Source: Lachnospiraceae bacterium
GTDB taxonomy: Bacteria; Bacillota; Clostridia; Lachnospirales; Lachnospiraceae
Assembly: GCA_017441265.1 (NCBI GenBank)
Contig: JAFRYE010000043.1
Coordinates: 81 to 64,080 of the forward strand
Length of the DNA stretch: 64,000 nt
Reading direction: 5' to 3'
This document shows, in pieces, positions 10,013-24,390 of the stretch. Made by a program: the position numbers and the translations under genes. How positions within the stretch are numbered: position 1 is the stretch's first letter; each line of letters begins with the position of its first letter. The notes below the pieces were generated by a model. The model had not been told where the DNA came from. It worked only from the letters and a program-made list of their open reading frames with translations, and ran no database searches.

Positions 10013-11167
10013 TCATTTTGCCGCGGTGTTCAAAAAGCCCGTCACCGTATGCGTAAAACTTCCGTCGTCCTCCAACAGGTATTCGCCCACCTCTGTCTGT
10101 GTCGCGCACTCCTCCGCCGGAGTACCCTCCAAAAATGCCTTCCAGTCAAACACGGCTTCCACCGATGTGATCGCCACCGCGAGCATCTTGTCGTCGGGTT
10201 CCTTCGTAGTGAGCGCCTGCATCCACATGCCGGGGCGGCTTAAAATGTTGACAATGCGGTTGTCCGAGCGTCCCGCCAGCCGCAGGAATTCATAGCTGAT
10301 CCCCGCCACTACCGGCAACAGCAAAAGCCGGACCGCAAAGCGGATCAGGAAGCGAAGGATCCGGGAATCGCCCGTGTACAACGGGAACAGATTCACAATA
10401 GAAAACACCAGAATACTGATGACCATAACAAAGATCATGAAGCTCGTTCCGCACCGCTTGTGTTCCTTCGAGGAAGCGCGCGCATTGTCCACCGTAAGCG
10501 GCAGTCCGTGCTCGATGCAGTTGATGGTCTTGTGCTCGGCGCCGTGGTAGCGGAACACACGCTGAATCTCATTCATCCGCGAGATCAACGCCACATAACC
10601 GACGAAAATGCAGATTCGCAGCACACCCTCCATGATGCTCGAGACAACCGCCGACTCAATGCCGGTCGCGCGCTCGAACAACGAGGTCACGGCAAACGGA
10701 AGCATGATGAACAACGCGATGGTGAGCACCAGCGACAGCGTCACGGTGAGACCGATCATCGCGGGCGTCATCACCGCCTTCGACTTCTCGCCCTTCGCCG
10801 CATCGGACCGCTCCGCATCGGGCGCTTCCGTCGTCGCGGGTTCATTTTCCGCCGCAGCCGGCTTCGCGCTTTCCTTCTTCGCCTTCCCGTCGTTCTTCTT
10901 GGACTCCTCTTCGTCCGCAAAATTCGCGGAGTACATCAATGTCCCCATTCCGACGATCATCGACTCGACCAAGTTGACTGCGCCGCGGATAAACGGCCAG
11001 CCGAGGAACGGAAGCTTCTCGACGATGCTGTGATACTCCTTGACGTTCACGACCGTCTCTCCGTCCGCTTTTCTGACGGCGACCGCATACTTGGTGCGGT
11101 TGCGCATCATCACGCCCTCCATAACTGCCTGTCCGCCGATTCCCGAAGGTTTGATTGGATTTGCCAT
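10013..11167 (-). CDS. DUF1385 (YqhQ-like) membrane protein with a low-complexity acidic/lysine insertion
   Basis: N-terminus GIGGQAVMEGVMMRN and HGAEHK motif. Usual neighbour of prmC/rpmE in Firmicutes. AGGGGGG RBS. Confidence 0.8.
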   Translation of the reverse strand: MANPIKPSGIGGQAVMEGVMMRNRTKYAVAVRKADGETVVNVKEYHSIVEKLPFLGWPFIRGAVNLVESMIVGMGTLMYSANFADEEESKKNDGKAKKESAKPAAAENEPATTEAPDAERSDAAKGEKSKAVMTPAMIGLTVTLSLVLTIALFIMLPFAVTSLFERATGIESAVVSSIMEGVLRICIFVGYVALISRMNEIQRVFRYHGAEHKTINCIEHGLPLTVDNARASSKEHKRCGTSFMIFVMVISILVFSIVNLFPLYTGDSRILRFLIRFAVRLLLLPVVAGISYEFLRLAGRSDNRIVNILSRPGMWMQALTTKEPDDKMLAVAITSVEAVFDWKAFLEGTPAEECATQTEVGEYLLEDDGSFTHTVTGFLNTAAK

Positions 11168-11180
11168 ATTCCCCCCTGAT

Positions 11181-11215
11181 AGAAGAAATGCCTTGACAAG
11201 TACTTGTCAAGGCAT
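11181..11215 (-). terminator. Intrinsic terminator downstream of rpmE
   Basis: 13-bp palindrome atgccttgacaag / cttgtcaaggcat, followed by ttcttct on the minus strand. Confidence 0.6.
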
Positions 11216-11233
11216 AAAGTCTTTTCTCTCCGA

Positions 11234-11431
11234 TTAGAAGCCGTATTTCTTGTTGAACTTCTCAATAGCGCCACGCGCCTGAGCGGCCTTCTTCTGCCCG
11301 GTGTAGAATGTATGGCACTTGGAGCAGATCTCAACGTGAATCTCCGATTTCGTCGATCCGGTCACAAACTCATTGCCACAGTTGCAAGTTACTTTTGCCT
11401 GATAGTACTTCGGCTGAATTCCTTCCTTCAT
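11234..11431 (-). CDS. rpmE: 50S ribosomal protein L31
   Basis: [10 protein letters not shown]...CNCG...[10 protein letters not shown], 65 aa with a Zn-ribbon CxxC pair. The upstream part of the 103-aa ORF is non-coding. Confidence 0.9.
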   Translation of the reverse strand: MKEGIQPKYYQAKVTCNCGNEFVTGSTKSEIHVEICSKCHTFYTGQKKAAQARGAIEKFNKKYGF

Positions 11432-11510
11432 GTCATTCACCTCACAATTCTCTATACTCAGTCGTCCGGCCGAAACCAGTCGACCTAACACTCTTTTGAA
11501 CAGCTTTTGT

Positions 11511-11539
11511 ATTATAGCATAGCATTTTCCGAAATGCAA
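11511..11539 (-). promoter_or_regulatory. Sigma-A type promoter for rpmE (TTGCAT-17-TATAAT)
   Basis: The minus strand reads TTGCATttcggaaaatgctatgcTATAAT about 75 nt upstream of the rpmE ATG. Confidence 0.6.
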
Positions 11540-11581
11540 TATCATTTTTCGGAAAATTCAGCGTCGAAAAATGAAGCTTTT

Positions 11582-13447
11582 TTATTCCCTTCGAAGCACG
11601 TACTGCATGAATTCCAGATTGCTCTTCGTGCGCACGAAAAGATTGATGATCTTCTCGATGGATTCCTCCGCGGATTTGCCGTTGAAGGACTTGCGCATGA
11701 TCGTACTTGCCCGCTGCTCGTTCTCCAGCAGAAGAAGATCCTCGCGTCTGGTGCTCGATTTCGGAAGATCGATCGCCGGGAAAATGCGGCGTTCCGAGAG
11801 ATCCCGGTTCAGCACCAGCTCCATGTTGCCGGTTCCCTTGAATTCCTCGTAGATGACGTCGTCCATGCGGCTTCCGGTGTCCACCAGCGCCGTCGCCAGG
11901 ATCGTCAGGCTTCCGCCCTCCTTCATGCAGCGCGCAGCGCCGAAGAATTTCTTGGGCATGTACAGCGCGTTCGGATCCAGACCGCCCGAGAGCGTGCGGC
12001 CGCTGGATACGCACGTCAGGTTGTACGCCCGCGCCAGTCGCGTGATGCTGTCGAGCAAAATGACGACGTCCTCGCCGTACTCGACCAGTCTCTTCGCCCG
12101 CTCCATCGTCATCTCCGACACGCGGCGATGGCGGTTCGGCTCCTCGTCGAAGGTGGAGTAGATGACTTCCGCATTGTAGTCCTTCACGAAATCCTTGAAG
12201 TCCGTGACTTCCTCCGGGCGCTCGTCGATCAGCAAAATGATCAGATGCACCGACTTGTGGTTCATCAATATGGATTTGGCTACCTGCTTTAAGAGCGTCG
12301 TCTTGCCGGCCTTGGGCTGCGACACGATCATGCCTCGCTGCCCCTTGCCGATCGGCGAGAGCAGGTCCACGATCCGCATCGCGACATTGCATCCGGGATA
12401 TTCCATGCGCATGCGCTCATGCGGGAACACGGGCGTCAGCCGGTCGAAGCGCCGTCTGCGCATCGCAAACTCCGGATCCTTATCGTTGATCTTCGTGATA
12501 TGGTGCAGCGGCACGAATTTCTCGCCGGAGCCCTGCTTCTTCAGTGTTCCCTCGACGAAATCGCCGGTGGTCAGATTGTAGCGGCGGATCATCGCGGGGC
12601 TGATGTACACGTCATGCTCGCTGGGAAGATAATTGTCGTTGCGCAAAAAGCCGTAGTTCTCCGAGCAAATCTCGAAAATACCCTTGCGCACGATGCCGGA
12701 GTCCGTCGGATCCGCGCCGGCGTTGCCCGAGCTGCCGTTGCTGCCTGTGTTGCCGGCACCTTCACGGCGAACAGCCTCGCCTCTTCGCTCCTCATTGTCT
12801 CGCCGGAACGCGGCACGCTCCGGATTTTCGCTCACAACCACACGTCTGCTCACCACGCGGCGGGCATCCGGCCGGTTCGCGGGGGCATTCTGCGGCTCTG
12901 CAGAGGCCGTAGGCGCTTCCGGTGCGCTTGCGGGCACATTTTCCGGTGCGTTGTTTTCCCGCGCGTTTACGGGCGCTGTAGGGGCCTTTACAGGCGTTCC
13001 AGCCGTCTCCGCCGGTTTCTGTTCGGGCATGTCGGTCTTCGTCGCCTCAGGCGCCTTTCCGCTCGCTACGACACGCTTCACGACCTTCGCGGACCGGGTC
13101 TTAGGCTGTTCCGATGCCGTCTCTGTCTTCGGGGCCTGTTTCTCCGCCTTCGGTGCAGCCTTCTCCGTCTTCGTTGCAGATTTCTCCGCCTTCGGGGCAG
13201 CCTTCTCCTCCTTCGGGGCAGACTTTTCCGCTTTAACGACAGACTTCTCCTTCGAGGCCTGCTTTTCCGCTTTTACGGCTGTCTTCTCCGCCTTCGGGAC
13301 CGTTTTTTCATCCTTGCGGGTCGCTTCGTCCGCCTGCTCCAACGCGGCGATCATCTCCGCCTTGCGCATCGAACTGTAGCCGCTGATATTCTTCTCCTTC
13401 AAAAGATTGCGTAACTCCGCAATCGGAAGCCGGGAATATGCGCTCAT
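11582..13447 (-). CDS. rho: Transcription termination factor Rho with a ~210-aa low-complexity N-terminal insertion
   Basis: Rho_N/SAP-like LPIAELRNLL...MIAAL; OB-fold GIFEICSENYGFLR; Walker A SQPKAGKTTLL; LIDERPEEV. AGGAGAG RBS. Confidence 0.95.
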   Translation of the reverse strand: MSAYSRLPIAELRNLLKEKNISGYSSMRKAEMIAALEQADEATRKDEKTVPKAEKTAVKAEKQASKEKSVVKAEKSAPKEEKAAPKAEKSATKTEKAAPKAEKQAPKTETASEQPKTRSAKVVKRVVASGKAPEATKTDMPEQKPAETAGTPVKAPTAPVNARENNAPENVPASAPEAPTASAEPQNAPANRPDARRVVSRRVVVSENPERAAFRRDNEERRGEAVRREGAGNTGSNGSSGNAGADPTDSGIVRKGIFEICSENYGFLRNDNYLPSEHDVYISPAMIRRYNLTTGDFVEGTLKKQGSGEKFVPLHHITKINDKDPEFAMRRRRFDRLTPVFPHERMRMEYPGCNVAMRIVDLLSPIGKGQRGMIVSQPKAGKTTLLKQVAKSILMNHKSVHLIILLIDERPEEVTDFKDFVKDYNAEVIYSTFDEEPNRHRRVSEMTMERAKRLVEYGEDVVILLDSITRLARAYNLTCVSSGRTLSGGLDPNALYMPKKFFGAARCMKEGGSLTILATALVDTGSRMDDVIYEEFKGTGNMELVLNRDLSERRIFPAIDLPKSSTRREDLLLLENEQRASTIMRKSFNGKSAEESIEKIINLFVRTKSNLEFMQYVLRRE

Positions 13448-13570
13448 ACTCTCTCCTGTTCTGTTTTCCGGATAACGTGGTGGTTTTCAAAAAAGGAATC
13501 CGAAAGAACATGCCGGTGCGGCACGCGGATCCTGTCAAAAGATATGCATCGAAAAATGGGAATGTGAACA

Positions 13571-13611
13571 AAAAATAGAATCCGCGGAGCGGAGTCGTCT
13601 CCGCCCCGCGG
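13571..13611 (-). terminator. Intrinsic terminator downstream of rpoC
   Basis: Minus strand reads ccgcggggcggag-acga-ctccgctccgcgg. After the short spacer attcta, a TTTTTT run follows. Confidence 0.65.
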
Positions 13612-13636
13612 TCTGAATCTTTAGAATGTTGTGAAA

Positions 13637-17485
<3,849 letters not shown>

Positions 17486-17540
17486 TTAACGCTGCTCCTT
17501 CCGTTCTCATAATCGATTCCTGCAAGCAGGGAAAGAATTA

Positions 17541-20500
17541 TCATTCTTCGTCGTCGGTAATAGGCTCATCGTCGTACTCCAGATCGGCAATCTCATCGCT
17601 GAAGCCGTCGTCGTACTCTTCATCCATGTCAGCCGGCTGGCCGAGCATCTCACCGGTCAATTCGTCAGGAGTGAACTCCTGATAACCGTTAGCTGCCAGC
17701 TCGTCTTCGATTCCGCCGTAGTATACGCGATCGGAATCGTACATCTCGTCGGCGTCATCCACCGTCGTGAACTGCTCGGTCATCGAAACTTCCTCGCCGT
17801 TCTCATCCAGCACGGTGACATCCAGCGCGAGTGCCTGAAGCTCCTTGAGAAGAACCTTGAAGGACTCCGGAATGCCGGGCTCGGAAATATTCTCGCCCTT
17901 GGTAATTGCCTTGTAGGTGCGGTCACGACCTTCAACGTCATCGGACTTGACAGTCAGGATCTCCTGAAGGATGTGTGCAGCGCCGTACGCCTCGAGAGCC
18001 CAAACCTCCATCTCACCGAAGCGCTGGCCGCCGAACTGGGCTTTACCGCCGAGAGGCTGCTGCGTAACGAGGGAGTAAGGACCGGTCGAACGCGCGTGAA
18101 TCTTATCGTCAACCAAGTGATGGAGCTTGAGGTAGTGCATGAAACCGATCGTAACTTCGCTGTCGAACGGCTCACCGGTGCGGCCGTCGCGAAGCTGAAC
18201 TTTTCCGTTCGGCTTGATCGGCACGCCTGCCCACTCCTTGCGGTAGTCCTGATTCTGGATCAGGAACTCCATCAATTCCGGATTGAGTTTGCTCTTGTAC
18301 TTCTTCTTGAATTCCTCCAGATCGGTGTTGACATAGTCGTTAGCGAGCTGGAGCATGTCAGTGATATCATTTTCCGTTGCACCGTCAAATACCGGCGTGG
18401 AAACCTTGAAGCCGAGCACCTGCGAAGCAAGGCTGAGGTGCGTCTCCATGATCTGACCGATATTCATACGGCTCGGCACGCCGAGAGGATTCAGCACGAT
18501 ATCCAGCGGACGACCGTTCGGCAGGAACGGCATATCCTCCACCGGGAGAACGCGGGAAACGACACCCTTGTTACCGTGGCGGCCTGCCATCTTATCGCCG
18601 ACCTGAATCTTTCTCTTCTGTGCGATATAAACACGAACTTTCTGGTTCACGCCCGGGTTCAGCTCGTCGCCGTTCTCACGGGTGAATACCTTAACGTCCA
18701 CGATCACACCGAACTCACCGTGAGGTACACGGAGCGATGTGTCACGGACTTCCTTAGCCTTCTCACCGAAGATCGCGCGGAGGAGTCTCTCCTCAGCGGT
18801 CAGCTCGGTCTCTCCCTTAGGAGTAACCTTACCGACAAGGATATCTCCGGCACGAACCTCGGCACCGATGCGGATGATACCGTGCTCATCCAGATCCTTG
18901 AGTGCATCCTCGCCGATACCGGGGATATCATGCGTGATCTCCTCCGGTCCGAGCTTGGTGTCACGTGCCTCGGACTCGTACTCCTCGATGTGAACCGAGG
19001 TGTATACGTCATCGCGGACAAGACGCTCGCTCAAAAGAACGGCATCCTCGTAGTTGTAACCTTCCCAGGTCATGAAACCGATCAACGGGTTCTTACCCAG
19101 AGCAAGCTCACCGCCCGAGGTGGAAGGACCGTCGGCGATAACCTGACCGGCCTTAACCTGCTCGCCCTTCATGACGATCGGACGCTGGTTGATGCTCGTA
19201 CCCTGGTTGCTTCTTGCGAACTTCTGCAGTTTGTACTCGTCGCGGCCGTCAGCCGTGCGAACGATGATGCGGCTCGCCTCTGCGCGCTCGACAACACCGT
19301 CGTTCTTAGCGACAACGCAAACGCCGGAGTCGATTGCCGTCTTCAGCGCCATACCGGTATCGACAACCGGTGCCTGCGTGAAGAGAAGCGGCACTGCCTG
19401 ACGCTGCATGTTGGAACCCATGAGTGCACGGTTCGCATCGTCATGCTGCAGGAAAGGGATCATGGCCGTAGCCACGGAAAATACCATCTTAGGGGAGACG
19501 TCCATCAAATCGATGGACTCACGCGCGAACTGCGCGATCTCCGTGCGGAAACGACCGGAAACCTTCGTGTTGACGAAGTGGTTGTTCTCGTCGAGAGGCT
19601 CATTTGCCTGAGCAACGTGATACCGGTCTTCCTCGTCGGCCGTGAGGTATACGATCTCGTTCGTAACCACCGGCTCGTTCGGCTGGCTCTTGTCTACCTT
19701 GCGGTACGGAGCCTCAATGAAACCGTACTCGTTGATCCTCGCGTACGATGCCAGAGAGTTGATCAAACCGATGTTAGGACCTTCGGGGGTCTCGATCGGG
19801 CACATACGACCGTAGTGCGTATAGTGAACGTCTCGAACCTGGAAACCTGCACGGTCTCTCGTCAGACCGCCGGGACCGAGGGCCGAGAGACGTCTCTTAT
19901 GCGTCAGCTCGCCGAGCGGGTTGTGCTGATCCATGAACTGGGACAGCTGGGAGCTTCCGAAGAACTCCTTGATCGCTGCGGTTACCGGCTTGATGTTGAT
20001 CAGCGACTGCGGCTGCATCGAATCCGGATCGAGAGTCGTCATACGCTCGCGTACGACACGCTCCATACGGGACATACCAAGACGATACTGGTTCTGCAGC
20101 AACTCGCCGACCGCACGGATACGACGGTTTCCGAGGTGGTCGATATCATCCGTGGTACCGACGCCCCAGCCGATGTGCAGATTGTAGTTGATGGAAGCGA
20201 AAATGTCTTCCTTGGTGATGTGCTTGGGAATCAGTTCGTTGATGCGGGAACGGATCGCAGCCTCGATCTCCTCCTTGCTCGTGCAGGTGTCGAGGATCTC
20301 GCGGAGAACCGGATAGTAAACCAGCTCCGTAACGCCCAGCGCTTCCTTATCGCAATCCACAAAGTTCGTCAGCTCAACCATGAGGTTGGAGAGAACCTTG
20401 CACTTATGATTGATGAGATTCTGGCCGATGACCTTCTCAACCGCAACGTATACATACGGCACGGCTGCGTTCTGGATCTGATCTGCCAAAGCTTCCGTCA

Positions 20501-21440
20501 CGATGGTACCCTCGGTCGCAAGCACCTCGCCGGTCGTCGCATCCACGACGTCCTCGGCCAGACGCTGTCCGGTGATACGCTTCTTCAGGAGAAGCTTCTT
20601 GTTGAATTTATAACGGCCGACCTTTGCAAGGTCGTATCTCTTCGGATCAAAGAACATGCCGTGCAGATGCGACTCCGCGCTCTCCACGGAAAGAGGCTCG
20701 CCCGGACGCAGTTTGCGGTAGAGTTCCAACAGACCGCTCTCGTAATCCTCGGTGGTATCCTTCTTCAAGGAAGCCTCAAGAACATCCTCATCGCCGAACA
20801 TCTCGCGGATCTCCGCATTTGAGCCGACGCCGAGGGAACGGATGAACACCGTGATCGGAACCTTGCGGTTGCGGTCTACGTGTACATAAAATACATCGTT
20901 GGCATCCGTCTCGTACTCCAGCCATGCACCGCGGTTCGGGATCACCGTTGCCGAGTACATTGCCTTGCCGAGCTTATCCTTCGTCATTGCATAGTAAATG
21001 CCCGGAGAACGAACCAACTGGCTAACGATTACACGCTCAGCACCGTTGATCACGAACGTTCCGGTCTCGGTCATCAGGGGGAAGTCACCCATAAAGATAT
21101 TATGCTCATTGATCTCGCCCGTCTCGTTGTTATGGAGGCGAACAAGCACTTTCAAAGGCGCAGCGTAGGTTGCGTCGCGCTCTTTGCATTCATCGATCGT
21201 ATACTTTGCGTCGTCCTTGCAAAGCTGGTAATCCACGAATTCCAGACTGTAGCGCCCATCATGGTCCGTGATCGGCGAAATGTCGGTAAATACTTCGTAG
21301 ATTCCCTTCTCAAGGAACCAGCGGTAAGAATTTTTCTGAACTTCGATCAGGTTCGGCATCTCGAGGATATCCTTCTGTCTCGCGAAGCTCATTCGAACAT
21401 TCTTTCCTACTTGTACCGGATGAATTCTGCTTTTTTCCAT
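17541..21440 (-). CDS. rpoB: DNA-directed RNA polymerase subunit beta
   Basis: Strong full-length similarity to Firmicute RpoB ([18 protein letters not shown]-like blocks). ATG 21440 (MEKSRIHPV) follows AAGGGGTGA; the GTG at 21452 would overlap that RBS. Confidence 0.97.
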   Translation of the reverse strand: MEKSRIHPVQVGKNVRMSFARQKDILEMPNLIEVQKNSYRWFLEKGIYEVFTDISPITDHDGRYSLEFVDYQLCKDDAKYTIDECKERDATYAAPLKVLVRLHNNETGEINEHNIFMGDFPLMTETGTFVINGAERVIVSQLVRSPGIYYAMTKDKLGKAMYSATVIPNRGAWLEYETDANDVFYVHVDRNRKVPITVFIRSLGVGSNAEIREMFGDEDVLEASLKKDTTEDYESGLLELYRKLRPGEPLSVESAESHLHGMFFDPKRYDLAKVGRYKFNKKLLLKKRITGQRLAEDVVDATTGEVLATEGTIVTEALADQIQNAAVPYVYVAVEKVIGQNLINHKCKVLSNLMVELTNFVDCDKEALGVTELVYYPVLREILDTCTSKEEIEAAIRSRINELIPKHITKEDIFASINYNLHIGWGVGTTDDIDHLGNRRIRAVGELLQNQYRLGMSRMERVVRERMTTLDPDSMQPQSLINIKPVTAAIKEFFGSSQLSQFMDQHNPLGELTHKRRLSALGPGGLTRDRAGFQVRDVHYTHYGRMCPIETPEGPNIGLINSLASYARINEYGFIEAPYRKVDKSQPNEPVVTNEIVYLTADEEDRYHVAQANEPLDENNHFVNTKVSGRFRTEIAQFARESIDLMDVSPKMVFSVATAMIPFLQHDDANRALMGSNMQRQAVPLLFTQAPVVDTGMALKTAIDSGVCVVAKNDGVVERAEASRIIVRTADGRDEYKLQKFARSNQGTSINQRPIVMKGEQVKAGQVIADGPSTSGGELALGKNPLIGFMTWEGYNYEDAVLLSERLVRDDVYTSVHIEEYESEARDTKLGPEEITHDIPGIGEDALKDLDEHGIIRIGAEVRAGDILVGKVTPKGETELTAEERLLRAIFGEKAKEVRDTSLRVPHGEFGVIVDVKVFTRENGDELNPGVNQKVRVYIAQKRKIQVGDKMAGRHGNKGVVSRVLPVEDMPFLPNGRPLDIVLNPLGVPSRMNIGQIMETHLSLASQVLGFKVSTPVFDGATENDITDMLQLANDYVNTDLEEFKKKYKSKLNPELMEFLIQNQDYRKEWAGVPIKPNGKVQLRDGRTGEPFDSEVTIGFMHYLKLHHLVDDKIHARSTGPYSLVTQQPLGGKAQFGGQRFGEMEVWALEAYGAAHILQEILTVKSDDVEGRDRTYKAITKGENISEPGIPESFKVLLKELQALALDVTVLDENGEEVSMTEQFTTVDDADEMYDSDRVYYGGIEDELAANGYQEFTPDELTGEMLGQPADMDEEYDDGFSDEIADLEYDDEPITDDEE

Positions 21441-21617
21441 TAACGTAATCACCCCTTGATTTATTTCTGACCCTTTATACTACAGATGTAGTATCCGACA
21501 GATGTTCGGTTTTGGAAAACCGCCCTGAAGTTCCGTCGGAAAAAGGCTTGCATTTTACTCTGAAAAGTGGTAAAATGATGGTGTTCGGGTCTATGACACC
21601 ACAATAGCGCATCATTC

Positions 21618-21646
21618 ATTGTACTGCTGCTTTTGGCAAATGTCAA
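21618..21646 (-). promoter_or_regulatory. Sigma-A type promoter for rpoB-rpoC (TTGACA-17-TACAAT)
   Basis: The minus strand reads TTGACAtttgccaaaagcagcagTACAAT about 175 nt upstream of the rpoB ATG. Confidence 0.6.
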
Positions 21647-21667
21647 GACTTATTTTTTGAAACAGGA

Positions 21668-21692
21668 CGCAAAAAAGGGGAACGAATCCCCT
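21668..21692 (-). terminator. Intrinsic terminator downstream of the 21728-22201 gene
   Basis: The minus strand reads aggggattcgttcccct followed by TTTTT. Confidence 0.6.
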
Positions 21693-21727
21693 GTTTTTTT
21701 GCTTATTTTTCACAGTAAACCGGAGCG

Positions 21728-22201
21728 TCACTCCGGTTTTTTCCGTCTCTCGGCCTTCTTCGCGGCTCTTCTCGCCGCTTTCTTCTCCTCGATCTCCCTG
21801 CGGCGCTCGACCAGTGCCGCGATCGTCACCGCAATTCCGGCGACCAGCAACACTCCCGCGACGTACCAATACGTTGCCAGAAGGCGGTTCGTCGTTCCGT
21901 AGATCTCCACGACTCCCGTAGCGACCATTCCGACCGTCAGCGTGGCGACTCCCGCGTAATACAGGTTAACGCCCGCGCGGAGCTTGCCCTCGTAGGGCTT
22001 GCGGCGCAGCATTTTCCGCGTTGAAAGGATCGCGGTGGGCGTGACTCCGAGCACCAGCGGCACGAGAAATGCAAGCATCATCGGCCAGGAGTACACCTGA
22101 TGGCTGAAATGTTCATAGATGGCGGCGAACATTCCCGTGAACAGCGACACTCCGAGAAAGATCTTCCAGTGTTTCCGAAACACATCAGCGGAAGTATACA
22201 A
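21728..22201 (-). CDS. Hypothetical integral membrane protein (4 predicted TM segments, basic C-terminal tail)
   Basis: Hydrophobic segments throughout. TTG start lies 6 nt after GAGAGGGGTGA and overlaps the upstream gene end by 17 nt. No family recognised. Confidence 0.55.
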   Translation of the reverse strand: MYTSADVFRKHWKIFLGVSLFTGMFAAIYEHFSHQVYSWPMMLAFLVPLVLGVTPTAILSTRKMLRRKPYEGKLRAGVNLYYAGVATLTVGMVATGVVEIYGTTNRLLATYWYVAGVLLVAGIAVTIAALVERRREIEEKKAARRAAKKAERRKKPE

Positions 22202-23231
22202 TGTCCGTCACCCCTCTCTCATAGTATCCTCCGTCCGACGTCGGGAAGTTGATCACCTTTCCCCGGAAAACCATCGTGGACGATCCGCCGCCGTCGAGGT
22301 TGAACGCCTTCGTGCAGCCGAGGCGCTTAAACAGATCCGCCACCTGATACACCGAGAGCCCATGGCTCGTCTTGGTGCGGCCGTCCGCGACAATGACATA
22401 GTAATGAAGCGGCTCGATCATTCCGATAGCCGTCCGCGGGTTGGTCGCATAACAGAAATCGACCTCCGCGTTCACATCGACCTTGATCTCGCTGTCATCG
22501 ATCAGCACCGGTCCGAACGTGAGCGCCTGCCAGGTTCCCATATTCAGAAGTTCCTGTGCCGTTGCTTTCTCATAGTGACTGAATTTAAAGTCGCCGTCCG
22601 GCATGATGCAGAGCACGTCCTTGCGGCGGTTTCCGGTCTTTCGGTACAGAATACCGTTGCGGATGCAATAGCCGCCCTCGCGCGCACCGTAGTTGTCGCC
22701 GTTGATGGCGAACACCGCATCGTTGGCTGCCGCCATCTCCGATGTCTTCGCGAAGATGTTGCGGCCGTATTTGTCCTCGGCAAATGCCGACAGTATATAC
22801 TGTGCCGACGTCACCCGGATCTCCGCGATGTGAATCTGCGTGTCATGCTCGCGGATTTCGGAAATCTCGATCCACAGATGATCGTTCGAATATGTCGTCT
22901 CCGTCTCAACCACGTCCGCCGTAAAATACGTCGGCTCCGGCGAAGGCGTCGGTGTCGGCGGCTCCGTGGGTTCCGGCGTTGCCGTCGGTGGCGGTGTCGT
23001 GCCCGGGGTCAACGGGACCGTGGGCTTCGGTGTCGCTGTCGGTTCGGGCGTCGGCGTCGTCTTCGCGATCGGCGTCGGCGACGGCGTGAGCGCGAACAGG
23101 GCCATGTTCATCCCCGTCGCATTTTCCTGCATCGGTCTGCGGATGACGAACACGTCCAGCATCACGTAGGCCGTGTACGACGCCAGCAGCACGCCGAAGA
23201 TGATCGCCCATGCGGGTATCGGTTTCTTCAT
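22185..23231 (-). CDS. Phosphodiester glycosidase (NAGPA/DUF2233) family protein, membrane-anchored with a Pro/Thr linker
   Basis: C-terminal AFNLDGGGSSTMVF motif, N-terminal TM segment, TPxP-rich linker. ATG 23231 (MKKPIPAW) follows GGAGGAAG. Confidence 0.75.
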   Translation of the reverse strand: MKKPIPAWAIIFGVLLASYTAYVMLDVFVIRRPMQENATGMNMALFALTPSPTPIAKTTPTPEPTATPKPTVPLTPGTTPPPTATPEPTEPPTPTPSPEPTYFTADVVETETTYSNDHLWIEISEIREHDTQIHIAEIRVTSAQYILSAFAEDKYGRNIFAKTSEMAAANDAVFAINGDNYGAREGGYCIRNGILYRKTGNRRKDVLCIMPDGDFKFSHYEKATAQELLNMGTWQALTFGPVLIDDSEIKVDVNAEVDFCYATNPRTAIGMIEPLHYYVIVADGRTKTSHGLSVYQVADLFKRLGCTKAFNLDGGGSSTMVFRGKVINFPTSDGGYYERGVTDIVYFR

Positions 23232-23252
23232 CGTATCTTCCTCCACACTCTC

Positions 23253-23804
23253 CTAGATCAAACGTATCATTTTACAATTCTCAATCCCCGTGCTCCAAAA
23301 CTCTTCTCTCGGAAGTTTGCGGATGCGACTGACGATGCTCAGATTCATCGCCCCGTGCCCCACGATGAGCACATCGCGCCCCTTCGCCAGTTCCGGCTCC
23401 ACACGTTCCTCCAAAAACTCGCCCGTGCGCGCGAACAGATCCTCAAAACTTTCCGCGCGCTCAAACGCTTCCTTATATTCGGCCGGTCTTTGGAAAATGA
23501 CGTTCACCGGGCAGTCGGGGACGGAAAACGACTCGACGATCCCCTCGTAAATCCCGAAACTCATCTCCTGCAGCCGGTCGTCGCACACGATCGGCACATT
23601 TCGTCCGCGGAGCAGGATCTCCGCCGTCTCCTTCGCCCGGGAAAGCGGCGAGCAGAAACAAATGTCAAGATGCACATTCCGGTATTCCTTCGCAGCCCGC
23701 TCCGCCATCCGGCGCCCCTCATCGTTGAGTGGGATATCGGTGCGGCCCTGCAGCTTGTGCATCACATTCCAGTCCGTCTTCCCGTGACGCATGATATACA
23801 ACAT
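23253..23804 (-). CDS. Histidine phosphatase (phosphoglycerate mutase-like) family protein
   Basis: RHG motif at the N-terminus (MLYIMRHGKTDWN) and a later HG (IVGHGAMN). ATG 23804 with GAAAGGAA RBS. Confidence 0.8.
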   Translation of the reverse strand: MLYIMRHGKTDWNVMHKLQGRTDIPLNDEGRRMAERAAKEYRNVHLDICFCSPLSRAKETAEILLRGRNVPIVCDDRLQEMSFGIYEGIVESFSVPDCPVNVIFQRPAEYKEAFERAESFEDLFARTGEFLEERVEPELAKGRDVLIVGHGAMNLSIVSRIRKLPREEFWSTGIENCKMIRLI

Positions 23805-23836
23805 GAAACGTATTCCTTTCGCATTCCTTAAAAAAG

Positions 23837-24370
23837 TTACCGTTCGTCTCCGATCCGGTCCCACACATCCCTGCGAACGACCAGAAACGCCCCCGCAGAA
23901 TTCATCAGCAGCACGAGCCGCTCGCCTTTCTCCGGCCGGAACATGTTGCGCATCGCCGCGATGCAGAAACTGATCTCCGTCCCCTCGTCGTCGCAGTAGA
24001 CTTCCGCCTCCTCCGGCACAAATCCGTTGACGGACACCGCCTTGCCGACGAGCTCTCCGGCAAGCGTTTTCAACTCATACTCCCTCGCGACCCGGTTATT
24101 AAACATCCGATCCCGGATCCGCAGAAAACCAAATGTAGCTCCCACGGCCGCCGCAAGCATCAGAACGACCGTCAACGCAACGACGAACCCTCCGGCGTCC
24201 CCGAGGCCGCACAGCGCCGCGATTGCAAATACTGCGCCCGCCGCCAGCACCGGCATGACGATCAAAGCCGTCACCATGACTCCCGTGCCCGGAAACGGCG
24301 GTATAAACATGGCATCCTCCGGATGTTCCGTCAGATACGCTCTCTCCTTGTCGGTGAACTGTATTATCAT
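23837..24370 (-). CDS. Hypothetical membrane protein (2 TM segments plus a soluble C-terminal domain)
   Basis: ORF with GGGGAG RBS, start MIIQFTDKERAYL. No recognisable motif. Confidence 0.5.
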   Translation of the reverse strand: MIIQFTDKERAYLTEHPEDAMFIPPFPGTGVMVTALIVMPVLAAGAVFAIAALCGLGDAGGFVVALTVVLMLAAAVGATFGFLRIRDRMFNNRVAREYELKTLAGELVGKAVSVNGFVPEEAEVYCDDEGTEISFCIAAMRNMFRPEKGERLVLLMNSAGAFLVVRRDVWDRIGDER

Positions 24371-24390
24371 ACTGTCTCCCCGCCCGGAAG

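Noticed and set aside
22966-23110. Pro/Thr-rich repetitive DNA here (also 59150-59290 and 30700-30840) as possible independent repeat elements
   Set aside because: These are in-frame low-complexity linkers (TPxP / TPEV / PS-rich) of membrane-anchored proteins, not extragenic repeats.
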